Both the position numbers and the translations under genes were made by a program. A stretch of 64,000 nt of DNA from an uncultured Clostridia bacterium (lineage in GTDB: Bacteria > Bacillota > Clostridia > Christensenellales > UBA1242), in contig CALWPK010000006.1 in the NCBI GenBank assembly GCA_944383415.1, positions 28,224 through 92,223 of the forward strand, read 5' to 3'. Of this stretch, positions 1-7,946 are shown piece after piece (within the stretch, counting starts at the first letter, position 1; each line of letters begins with the position of its first letter). The notes below the pieces were generated by a model. That model did not search any database, was not told where the DNA came from, and saw only the letters and a list, made by a program, of their open reading frames with translations.

Positions 1-218
1 AAGGTATGCCTGTATTCAATGTGAATGCTTTTAGTATCAAAGTAGATTTTAATGGAGTTGATATTAATATGACTTGTACTGGAGCTATAGTATTTGCATC
101 AGTATTTGGAGTAATAGAAGTGGCTCTTATTACATTTGGAGCATTATCTCTTGTATTCTTCTTAAAAAATAGAAAGGGTAGTTCGACTCAATCAGCAGAT
201 ACTCCAGTTGTCGAATAA
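1..218 (+). CDS. 3' end of a CDS that enters from upstream of the window. It ends in a C-terminal hydrophobic membrane anchor plus a short polar tail.
   Basis: The frame is open from base 3 to the TAA at 216-218. A long hydrophobic stretch (GAIVFASVFGVIEVALITFGALSLVFFL) is followed by KNRKGSS. The rest of the protein lies outside the window. Confidence 0.5.
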   Translation, partial: GMPVFNVNAFSIKVDFNGVDINMTCTGAIVFASVFGVIEVALITFGALSLVFFLKNRKGSSTQSADTPVVE

Positions 219-272
219 TAGAATTCTTGTATTATAATTAGATTGCTAATACATAAAAAATTTATGAAACAA

Positions 273-307
273 AAATCTAACTACGTATTTATATAGTTAG
301 ATTTTTT
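273..307. terminator. Bidirectional intrinsic terminator
   Basis: An 11-bp perfect stem pairs AAATCTAACTA (273-283) with TAGTTAGATTT (294-304). A T-run lies on the + strand and an A-run lies 5' of the stem (a T-run for the minus strand). It sits between convergent CDS ends. Confidence 0.7.
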
Positions 308-397
308 GATTGTTTAATTAAATTAATCCATTAGATATTGTGTGAAAAATATTTATTTTTACACCAGATGTAGTAGTATCTAAAAATTTAAAAGTTT

Positions 398-592
398 TTA
401 GAATGTAATATTATCAAATACATTGTTTGTGATTAAATTGTTTGTGGTCGGTGTGACAACAGAGTTTGGGCAAAATCTATAACGACAATTATTTCTAACA
501 TTTCTACATACTGTATATGCTGAAAGTGGGATAGAAAGATTGGATATCCTGATACAATCGCATCCGCCTATTCTATAGAAGAAATAAAACAT
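398..592 (-). CDS. Small Cys-rich hypothetical protein (64 aa, 5 Cys)
   Basis: The minus strand reads AGGAGGTAAATT-ATG, a perfect SD 6 nt upstream of the ATG at 592. The ORF ends just upstream of the bidirectional terminator at 273-307. I recognise no family. Confidence 0.4.
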   Translation of the reverse strand: MFYFFYRIGGCDCIRISNLSIPLSAYTVCRNVRNNCRYRFCPNSVVTPTTNNLITNNVFDNITF

Positions 593-735
593 AATTTACC
601 TCCTAAAACATAATATTGTATAGTTTAGCCTAATTGTGAATTGGAATGAGAATCTCCTTGTATCAACTACCAAAATATGCTATTTTTTTTAAGAGTAAAA
701 TCAAACTTTTTGCATATTATACAATAGAGGTTAAT

Positions 736-1488
736 ATGAGAGAAATTGCCCTTGCCACAAAAGCAAGGAATAGAGAAATAATCGATTTTTTGCACGCAAA
801 TATTCAGGCAAAGATTGATTTTTGCAAAACGATCATTACTAGGTATAATGATAACAATTTTAGTTATTTATTGTTTGCTTGTGAAGAAAAATTTATTGAA
901 CCTTGCGAGGCGATTCTTCGTGAAGTTATTGTGGATTATATTGAATCGATCTACAAATTGAATTATCTGAAACATAAAATTAAGAATCCCCTTTCAAATT
1001 CGCTTGCATTTAACGCATATATCAAAGTTTTGGCATTGTTTGACAAATCTACAGATGAAACGGCTCTCAACAAAATTTTGATTTTCAATCAGTCTTTTTT
1101 TGTTGATAGTTTTTTAGAGTTTAGATTGAATCCGCTTAAAAAACATTGGAACAATCTTGCGGAACTTAGCAGTGACAATTTAATGATGTTCAATTCTTCT
1201 ACATTCATAGACATTATACGTTTTTTGATTAATACTATGGACAATTTGGTTTACAAAATAAAAGTCATTTGCGATAGTGAACATTTTAGTATTTATATTA
1301 TGAAAAACAAAAATGAGAAAATACAAAAAATAGCCGAATGCAAAAATTCAACAGAACTTATCACAAATGTACTTAATTCTTGCCCAAATTATATAGATAT
1401 CTATATCAATGACAATAATAATTATGAAGCAGTCAGTTTTCTTAGCAACGTTTTTACAAATCGTTTAAAAATTTTTATGAAAAACTAA
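736..1488 (+). CDS. ytxC: YtxC-like putative sporulation protein
   Basis: It lies immediately upstream of thrS, as ytxC does in Bacillus subtilis. Its size is about 250 aa and it has the FLEFRL motif typical of YtxC-like proteins. The ATG at 736 has an AGAGG SD 6 nt upstream. The track start at 646 has no SD. Confidence 0.55.
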   Translation: MREIALATKARNREIIDFLHANIQAKIDFCKTIITRYNDNNFSYLLFACEEKFIEPCEAILREVIVDYIESIYKLNYLKHKIKNPLSNSLAFNAYIKVLALFDKSTDETALNKILIFNQSFFVDSFLEFRLNPLKKHWNNLAELSSDNLMMFNSSTFIDIIRFLINTMDNLVYKIKVICDSEHFSIYIMKNKNEKIQKIAECKNSTELITNVLNSCPNYIDIYINDNNNYEAVSFLSNVFTNRLKIFMKN

Positions 1489-1644
1489 TATCTATTGATT
1501 TTTGTATTTTAAATTATCGTCAAAATATTCTATAGAAATTTGATTTCAATTATAAAATTTCTTTCTTATTATAATAAAGAAGGAAGATAATATTGCTCGT
1601 AAACTTGTTGTAAATTTTTCTAAAAATTTTAAGCATAAATATGC

Positions 1645-1673
1645 TTGACTAAGTCAACTTGGTGTGTTAAAAT
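1645..1673 (+). promoter_or_regulatory. Sigma-A type promoter of the thrS T-box leader
   Basis: TTGACT (1645-1650), a 17-nt spacer, then TAAAAT (1668-1673). Confidence 0.6.
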
Positions 1674-1679
1674 AGAAAT

Positions 1680-1975
1680 AGTTAAATAGACTATTGATTA
1701 GACAAGTAGTCTGATGGTCAATTTTTACAGAGAGTGCCTGCCGGCTGAGATTGGCGCAAAATACCATTAGATGAAACCACTGATTAGGTCAATGCAGGTG
1801 AATCCTTGCAAATTGAGAGGGTATGCTGAAATTTGCTTATAGACTTTGTTTTAGTTTTCGAAGACTAAGATGGAAAGAATTGTTTGAGCATTTAGATTTG
1901 GCATATCAATTTGGGTGGAAACGCGGTTATGTAATCGTCCCGAAGCGGTGCTAGGGATTTTTTGTTTTTTAGGAG
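1680..1975 (+). promoter_or_regulatory. T-box riboswitch leader, Thr-specific
   Basis: Elements seen: AGAGAG at 1729-1734; a GGCTGAGA distal-loop-like motif; the ACC (Thr) specifier at 1763-1765 followed by A; the T-box core AATTTGGGTGGAAACGCGG at 1908-1926; and a hairpin plus T-run at 1936-1970 directly before the thrS SD (AGGAGG, 1971-1976). Confidence 0.9.
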
Positions 1976-1980
1976 GATTT

Positions 1981-3723
1981 ATGAAAGAAGACAAACAAGA
2001 TATGTATCGTCATAGTATGAGTCATGTACTAGCAAAGGCTATCAAGACTTTTTATCCAAATGCAAAAATGGCTATTGGTCCAGCAATTGACAACGGATTT
2101 TATTATGATTTTGACAACTTAAATATTACGCCAGATGATTTCGATAAGATTGAAGAAAAAATGCGTTCAATTATTGCGAACAATGAAGATTTTATTCGAA
2201 AAGAAGTGAACAAGACTGAAGCGTTGGAAATGTTCGTTGACGAACCATATAAAATAGAATTGATCAATGAATTGCCGGCAAATGAAAAAATCACAGTATA
2301 TTTCACTGGGGATGATTTTTATGACCTTTGTCGTGGTCCGCATGTTGGAAATACAAAATTTTTACGCGGATTTTCGTTTAAAATTAATCGTATTAGTGGT
2401 GCGTATTGGCGTGGTAACGAAAAGAATAAAATGCTCACTCGTATTTATGTCTATGGTTTCTTAGATAAAGAAGACTTGAAAGAATGCTTGCGTCTAGAGG
2501 CAGAGGCTAAAGAGCGTGATCATAGGAAATTAGGCAAAGAATTAGGAATATATATGACGAGCGATTTGGTAGGCAAGGGACTTCCTATGTGGCTACCTAA
2601 GGGCTTCATTGTGAGGAGAGAATTGTCTGATTACATCATCAATAAAGAGATAGAACTAGGATACCAGCACGTTATGACGCCGTCACTTGGCAATGTCAAT
2701 TTGTACAAGACTTCAGGGCACTGGGATCATTACAAAGATGATATGTTTCCAGTTATGGAACGCGATGATGAAGCATACGTGTTGCGTCCAATGAATTGCC
2801 CTCATCATATGATGATATACAAAAACTTTATGCACTCATATAGAGATTTACCTTTGCGTTTGGCGGAGGTTGCTAATGATTTCAGATTTGAAGCAAGTGG
2901 TTCTCTTTGCGGGATAGAGCGTACACGTGCGTTCACTCAAAATGACTCACATATTTTCTGTCGTCCAGATCAGATTGAGGAAGAGATAGATGGAGTGATA
3001 AAACTTATTTTGAATGTTTACAAAGATTTTGGGCTAAAAGATTACACTTTTAGATTATCACTTAGAGACAAAGAGAATGTCGAAAAATATTTTGCCAATG
3101 ACGAACTTTGGGAGAAGAGCGAAAATGCGCTTAGAAATATTTTGAAAAAAAGCGGTGCCACTTTTTATGAAGCAGTCGGAGAGGCAGCGTTCTATGGGCC
3201 AAAGATTGACGTTCAAGTGAAAACGGCATTGGGACATGATGTGACTTTGTCTACTGTTCAACTTGATTATCAACTCCCTGAAAGGTTTGAATTGGAATAT
3301 GTAGATGAAAATGATAATAGAGTGCGACCAGTGGTCATTCATAGAGCGATTTTAGGTTCATTAGATAGATTTGTTGCATTCATTTTAGAGGAAACGAAGG
3401 GTATTTTGCCAGCGTGGCTAAGTCCTGTACAAGTGAAAATCTTGACCGTGAATGAACACAATATTAATTATGCAAATTCAATTGTTGAAAATCTTTCGAA
3501 GAAAAAAATACGTGTAGAAAGAGACTTTTCAAACGAGTCAGTAGGCAAGAAAATACGTTCAGCCGTGATAGAAAAATCTCCATTCATATTGGTGCTAGGG
3601 GACAAAGAGATGAATGAAAATTTAATTTCGGTCCGCAAGCGTGGTGGCAAAGATACCGTTAGTTGTACCTATGAAGAATTTGAAAATATGCTGCTGCAAG
3701 AGATAGCACACAAAGCATTATAA
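1981..3723 (+). CDS. thrS: Threonine--tRNA ligase (short form, begins at the editing domain)
   Basis: It aligns by eye with B. subtilis ThrS from about residue 66 (MYRHSMSHVLAKAIK.. vs IMRHSTAHLLAQAIK..). Class II motifs are present (RPMNCPHH, FRFEASG, GPKID). The ATG at 1981 follows AGGAGG. Confidence 0.97.
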   Translation: MKEDKQDMYRHSMSHVLAKAIKTFYPNAKMAIGPAIDNGFYYDFDNLNITPDDFDKIEEKMRSIIANNEDFIRKEVNKTEALEMFVDEPYKIELINELPANEKITVYFTGDDFYDLCRGPHVGNTKFLRGFSFKINRISGAYWRGNEKNKMLTRIYVYGFLDKEDLKECLRLEAEAKERDHRKLGKELGIYMTSDLVGKGLPMWLPKGFIVRRELSDYIINKEIELGYQHVMTPSLGNVNLYKTSGHWDHYKDDMFPVMERDDEAYVLRPMNCPHHMMIYKNFMHSYRDLPLRLAEVANDFRFEASGSLCGIERTRAFTQNDSHIFCRPDQIEEEIDGVIKLILNVYKDFGLKDYTFRLSLRDKENVEKYFANDELWEKSENALRNILKKSGATFYEAVGEAAFYGPKIDVQVKTALGHDVTLSTVQLDYQLPERFELEYVDENDNRVRPVVIHRAILGSLDRFVAFILEETKGILPAWLSPVQVKILTVNEHNINYANSIVENLSKKKIRVERDFSNESVGKKIRSAVIEKSPFILVLGDKEMNENLISVRKRGGKDTVSCTYEEFENMLLQEIAHKAL

Positions 3724-3797
3724 TATTTAGATTATTAGATTAAATGAAAATAAAAAATTAGTGCACATTGTTAATAAATTCATTTTAAATAAAATAA

Positions 3798-3822
3798 AAA
3801 TACAGTTTATCTGTATTTTTTT
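3798..3822 (+). terminator. Intrinsic terminator after thrS
   Basis: An 8-bp stem pairs AAATACAG with CTGTATTT around the loop TTTAT, followed by a T-run. Confidence 0.75.
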
Positions 3823-3972
3823 CAACAATTTGACAATAAATGTTCAAAATTGTACAAAAAATTCAAGAAATTTTTGAAAATTTAATTTTTTATTTGACTA
3901 GATTTTTTATTAGTATTAAACTAAAATTAATAGACATTTGTTTATTATTTTTTAATGTTAAGGAGATGAAAA

Positions 3973-5175
3973 GTGAACATTTTTAAGAAATTATATTGTA
4001 GAACATTTCAAATAGTTTTTAGGATAGCGATTCCAATACTGCCGTACCGCGAACCTCAAATTTTGACTAGCAATGACGAATTAGTTTCAACACTACTTGA
4101 AAATAATACCAAAAGCGTTTTGCTTGTGACAGATGCGGGACTCACTAATTTGGGTTTATATAATAGTCTAGTTGACGCAATGAGAGAAAAGGGTGTGAAA
4201 GTCAGTGTTTATGATAAAACAGTGGCAAATCCTACTACTCAAAATGTTGATGAAGCACTTGGAATGTATAGAGACAATGCGTGCAATGCAATTATTGCAT
4301 TTGGAGGCGGATCTTCTATGGACTGTGCGAAAGCCACTGGTGCACGAGTGGCGCGACCAAAGAAGACTCTTGGGCAAATGAAAGGCATACTTAAGGTGGG
4401 GAAAAAGATTCCGCTATTGATCGCGGTGCCAACTACAGCAGGCACAGGAAGTGAGACAACGCTTGCAGCAGTGATTACAGATAGTGAAACAAGACATAAA
4501 TATGCGATAAACGATTTCCCATTAATACCAAGTTACGCTATGTTGGACGCAAATTTGACAGTTGGGCTTCCAAAATTTGTCACAGCAACAACAGGAATGG
4601 ATGCACTTACTCACGCGGTTGAGGCTTACATTGGACGTAGCACCACCAAAGATACTAGACAAAATGCATTAGAGGCTGTGAAACTGGTGTTTGAAAATTT
4701 ATACAAAGCATACGAAGATGGTGACAATTTAGAGGCTAGAGACAATATGTTGCAAGCGGCGTTCAAGGCTGGGACAGCATTTACAAAATCTTATGTAGGA
4801 TATGTGCACGCGATCGCTCATTCGTTGGGCGGGAAATATAATGTTCCACATGGACTTGCTAATGCTATAATTTTACCTTATGTTTTGAAAAAATATGGAC
4901 GTGCAATATACAAAAAACTTTGGGAAATGGGCGTGTATGCAAATCTTTTTGATTCGGATACATCGATTGAAGCGGGTGCGAAGATTTTTATAGAAAAAAT
5001 TGAAGATTTGAATAAATCTATGAATATAGGCACTTCAATCCCAGAGATCAAAGGTGAAGATGTGTCGTACCTTGCGATAACTGCAGAGAAAGAGGCAAAT
5101 CCTTTGTATCCTGTTCCAGTATTGTATACTGCAGAGCAGTTAGAAAAAATATATTACGAGGTAAAGAATGGATAA
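3973..5175 (+). CDS. Iron-containing (group III) alcohol dehydrogenase
   Basis: GGGSSMDCAK and HAIAHSLGGKYNVPHGLANA motifs are present. The GTG start lies 7 nt after AAGGAG. Confidence 0.9.
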   Translation: MNIFKKLYCRTFQIVFRIAIPILPYREPQILTSNDELVSTLLENNTKSVLLVTDAGLTNLGLYNSLVDAMREKGVKVSVYDKTVANPTTQNVDEALGMYRDNACNAIIAFGGGSSMDCAKATGARVARPKKTLGQMKGILKVGKKIPLLIAVPTTAGTGSETTLAAVITDSETRHKYAINDFPLIPSYAMLDANLTVGLPKFVTATTGMDALTHAVEAYIGRSTTKDTRQNALEAVKLVFENLYKAYEDGDNLEARDNMLQAAFKAGTAFTKSYVGYVHAIAHSLGGKYNVPHGLANAIILPYVLKKYGRAIYKKLWEMGVYANLFDSDTSIEAGAKIFIEKIEDLNKSMNIGTSIPEIKGEDVSYLAITAEKEANPLYPVPVLYTAEQLEKIYYEVKNG

Positions 5176-6544
5176 AGAATTGATTTTGGAAAAAATAAAA
5201 GTTCAGCGTAAATATTTAGAGATTAATCCAATGCTTGATTATAGAAAACGTGTCGAAGCGCTGAAAAGACTATATAGAAATATTAAGAATATGACGCCAG
5301 AGATCAATGATGCACTGAAAAAAGATTTGAATAAGGGTGAAGTTGAAACTTATATGGTGGAAATAGGAATGGTGCTCAGTGAGATTAGTTATATGATCAA
5401 GCATTGTAGGAGATTTTCTCGTCCAAAAAGGGTGGCAACTCCGCTAGCACAATTCCCGTCCTCCAGTTATAGAGTGCCTTGCGCGTATGGCATAGTGCTT
5501 ATTATCAGTCCTTGGAATTATCCTTTTATGCTTGCGATCGAGCCTCTTGTAGATGCAATTTGTGCTGGAAATTCTGTCATAATTAAACCTAGTGAGCATT
5601 CGCCAAATACAAGTAAAGTGATTGAGAGACTGATTGCTAGCACTTTTGATCCAGGACATGTGACTACAGTGCTGGGTGCAGTTGATGAATGTACCTTTTT
5701 ACTGGACCAAGACCTTGATTATATTTTCTATACAGGTAGTACTAGAGTTGGTGAAATTGTTATGAAAAAAGCGGCAGAGCATTTCACTCCAGTGACTTTG
5801 GAAATGGGAGGGAAAAGTCCCTGCGTTGTGGATGAAACGGCAAATATTCCGCTCACGGCAAAAAGAATTGTGTTCGGCAAACTACTAAATTGTGGTCAGA
5901 CTTGCGTAGCACCTGACTATATCTATTGCGATGAAAAAGTGAAGGATGCATTGATATACGAATTGAAACGCCAAATTATTTTACAATATACCACAGATCC
6001 TATCAATAATCCTGAATATCCACGTATGGTAAATCAAAAACAATATGATATAATGCGTTCACTTATTAAAGATGAAAATCTAATTTTTGGCGGAAAATGT
6101 TCGGATGAGAAGTTGAAAATTGAGCCAACTATTCTCAACGCATCTTTTGATGATGAAGTTATGAAAGAAGAGATTTTTGGACCAATCATCCCTGTCGTCA
6201 CCTTCAAAGATATTGATGAAGCAATCAAAAATATAAATAAATTAACCAAACCGCTTGCGTTTTATATTTTCTCATCCAGCAAAGAAAATCAAAACAAATT
6301 TATAGATCGCTGTCCTTTTGGTGGGGGATGTGTCAATGATACTATTGTGCATATTGCCAGTTCAAATATGGGATTTGGAGGATTGAAACAAAGCGGTATT
6401 GGAGCGTATCACGGTAAAGTCGGCTTTGAGACTTTCACGCATTACAAAAGCATTTTGAACAAAAAGACATGGCTAGATTTGCCTATGCGTTATCAACCAT
6501 ACAATAAATTTAAGGCATTTTTAATCAGATTGTTTTTAAGATAA
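5168..6544 (+). CDS. Aldehyde dehydrogenase, ALDH3-like (fatty/aromatic aldehyde type)
   Basis: It has EMGGKSP and the catalytic-Cys motif CGQTCVAPDY. It overlaps the upstream ADH gene by 8 nt (ATGGATAA), which suggests translational coupling. Confidence 0.9.
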   Translation: MDKELILEKIKVQRKYLEINPMLDYRKRVEALKRLYRNIKNMTPEINDALKKDLNKGEVETYMVEIGMVLSEISYMIKHCRRFSRPKRVATPLAQFPSSSYRVPCAYGIVLIISPWNYPFMLAIEPLVDAICAGNSVIIKPSEHSPNTSKVIERLIASTFDPGHVTTVLGAVDECTFLLDQDLDYIFYTGSTRVGEIVMKKAAEHFTPVTLEMGGKSPCVVDETANIPLTAKRIVFGKLLNCGQTCVAPDYIYCDEKVKDALIYELKRQIILQYTTDPINNPEYPRMVNQKQYDIMRSLIKDENLIFGGKCSDEKLKIEPTILNASFDDEVMKEEIFGPIIPVVTFKDIDEAIKNINKLTKPLAFYIFSSSKENQNKFIDRCPFGGGCVNDTIVHIASSNMGFGGLKQSGIGAYHGKVGFETFTHYKSILNKKTWLDLPMRYQPYNKFKAFLIRLFLR

Positions 6545-6768
6545 AATAAAAAATTATGAATTTAGATGAAAAAATTAAGAAAAACATAGTAAAAATCTGA
6601 TATATTAAAATTTTTTATTAAATTTTATAATTTAATTAAAATTAAATGTATCAAAAAATTGTTTTAAAATAAACGTTTACAAAATAAATAATAGTCGAAT
6701 GTCACAAAATCAAAGAGATATTATTTTTTATTATTTAAACTAATTCGCATATAAACTTAAGGAGAAAT

Positions 6769-7476
6769 ATGAAAAAATCTGCATTTGTTTTGAATTTAAT
6801 ATTTTTCTTAGCAATCATAATTTTAGATGTATTTTACATTGTCAACGGTGGAATTGTTTTGAAAAGCATAACCAGTGCTTGCTTTTTCTTGCTAGGTGTG
6901 ATCAATTTGATTTTTGTATTGAAGATGAAAACGGAAAAAATCAAATTTTCTATTCTTTTACTCGTGGGACTTTTCTTTGCTATGTTGGGGGATATTTTGC
7001 TAGAGATCAATTTCATTGTTGGTGCAATATTTTTTGCAATAGGTCACATATTCTATTTTATATCATTTTGCTTCATAGAGAGATTAAAATGGACAGATCT
7101 TATCTTTGGTATTGTGATTTTCATTCCATCCGTTCTTGTGATCACATTATATCCACATTTTGATTTCGGTGGGGTAGCGATGGAAGTGTTGTGTGTGGTT
7201 TATGCTTTTGTCATATCATTTATGGTAGGCAAGGCAATTTCTATGTATGTTGCAAAAAGATCCATTTCCAGACTTATCATAATGATAGGCACGATACTTT
7301 TCTTTTTCTCAGACCTTATGCTTCTTTTCAATGTTTTCTCTTCAGTGAGCAGTGTGTTTGGTGTGCTTTGTCTTGCCACATATTATCCAGCAGAGTTTTT
7401 GCTCGCCTTCTCAATTTTGTTTACCACAGTTTTAGATCAAATTTTGCAGAGCAATAATAGCGCAAAAGCAAAATGA
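6769..7476 (+). CDS. YhhN-family integral membrane protein (lysoplasmalogenase / TMEM86 family)
   Basis: The protein is polytopic and hydrophobic, with GDILLE and FFFSDLML motifs characteristic of YhhN. A good SD (AAGGAG) is present. Confidence 0.75.
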   Translation: MKKSAFVLNLIFFLAIIILDVFYIVNGGIVLKSITSACFFLLGVINLIFVLKMKTEKIKFSILLLVGLFFAMLGDILLEINFIVGAIFFAIGHIFYFISFCFIERLKWTDLIFGIVIFIPSVLVITLYPHFDFGGVAMEVLCVVYAFVISFMVGKAISMYVAKRSISRLIIMIGTILFFFSDLMLLFNVFSSVSSVFGVLCLATYYPAEFLLAFSILFTTVLDQILQSNNSAKAK

Positions 7477-7524
7477 TTTCTATATAAAATTTGGTTTAGT
7501 ATAATAGATAATTCGAATTTATAT

Positions 7525-7608
7525 AAAAAACGAAATTACTATGAGTTATGAGTCTAAAAAAACTAGGTACAAACTAAGATTCGACTCAATGATATAATTT
7601 CGTTTTTT
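7525..7608. terminator. Large hairpin / bidirectional terminator between convergent genes
   Basis: AAAAAACGAAATTA (7525-7538) pairs with TAATTTCGTTTTTT (7595-7608). An inner GAGTC/GACTC pairing is also present, and A/T runs lie on both sides. Confidence 0.55.
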
Positions 7609-7675
7609 CTTTTTGGAATATAAAATTTTGAATGCATTTAATAAGGCAGGCGAAGAGAAGCAATTATATCTATTT

Positions 7676-7945
7676 TTATTTATTTTGGTAGTCTTTTGAC
7701 AATCGCTTTGCTTTTTTGTTTATCTCTATTGCTCGCGATTGCAATGAAAAAAGGATTATTTTAATCTCGTTCATTTTTGTTTTGATTTTTATCTTTTCTT
7801 TTTCACTAGCAATTTTATATTTATCTTTCAATTGGGTGTACACATTTATTATTTTTTTCAATTCTTCATTGACTTTGATTTGCTCGTCTAATATGGCGTT
7901 GAACCGCGCGAGCAGATCTTGTTCAATTTCCTTTTCTTTTTTCAT
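7676..7945 (-). CDS. Hypothetical 89-aa Lys/Glu-rich coiled-coil protein
   Basis: The ATG at 7945 lies 1 nt after the stop (7947-7949) of the upstream LRR gene. The SD TAGGAG lies inside the end of that gene, which indicates translational coupling. Confidence 0.6.
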   Translation of the reverse strand: MKKEKEIEQDLLARFNAILDEQIKVNEELKKIINVYTQLKDKYKIASEKEKIKIKTKMNEIKIILFSLQSRAIEINKKAKRLSKDYQNK

Positions 7946-7946
7946 T

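Noticed and set aside
178-190. A tRNA T-arm-like GTTCGACTCAAT, with a second TTCGACTCAAT near 7580.
   Set aside because: No acceptor, D or anticodon stems can be folded around either copy. One copy lies inside a CDS. An 11-mer shared twice in 64 kb is expected by chance.
646-735. The upstream start for the ytxC-like ORF (MRISLYQLPKY...).
   Set aside because: It has no SD and overlaps the likely promoter region of the divergent small ORF. The ATG at 736 has an AGAGG SD, and the protein length then matches YtxC-like proteins.
1915-1980. The ORF-track N-terminal extension of thrS (METRLCNRPEAVLGIFCFLGGF...).
   Set aside because: The GTG at 1915 lies inside the T-box core (GGGTGGAAACGCGG), and the extension runs through the terminator hairpin and T-run. 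The real start is the ATG at 1981, after AGGAGG.
6879-7457. Alternative-frame + strand ORFs (94 and 88 aa) within the YhhN gene.
   Set aside because: They are out of frame with a coherent polytopic membrane protein that has the YhhN motifs and a good SD.
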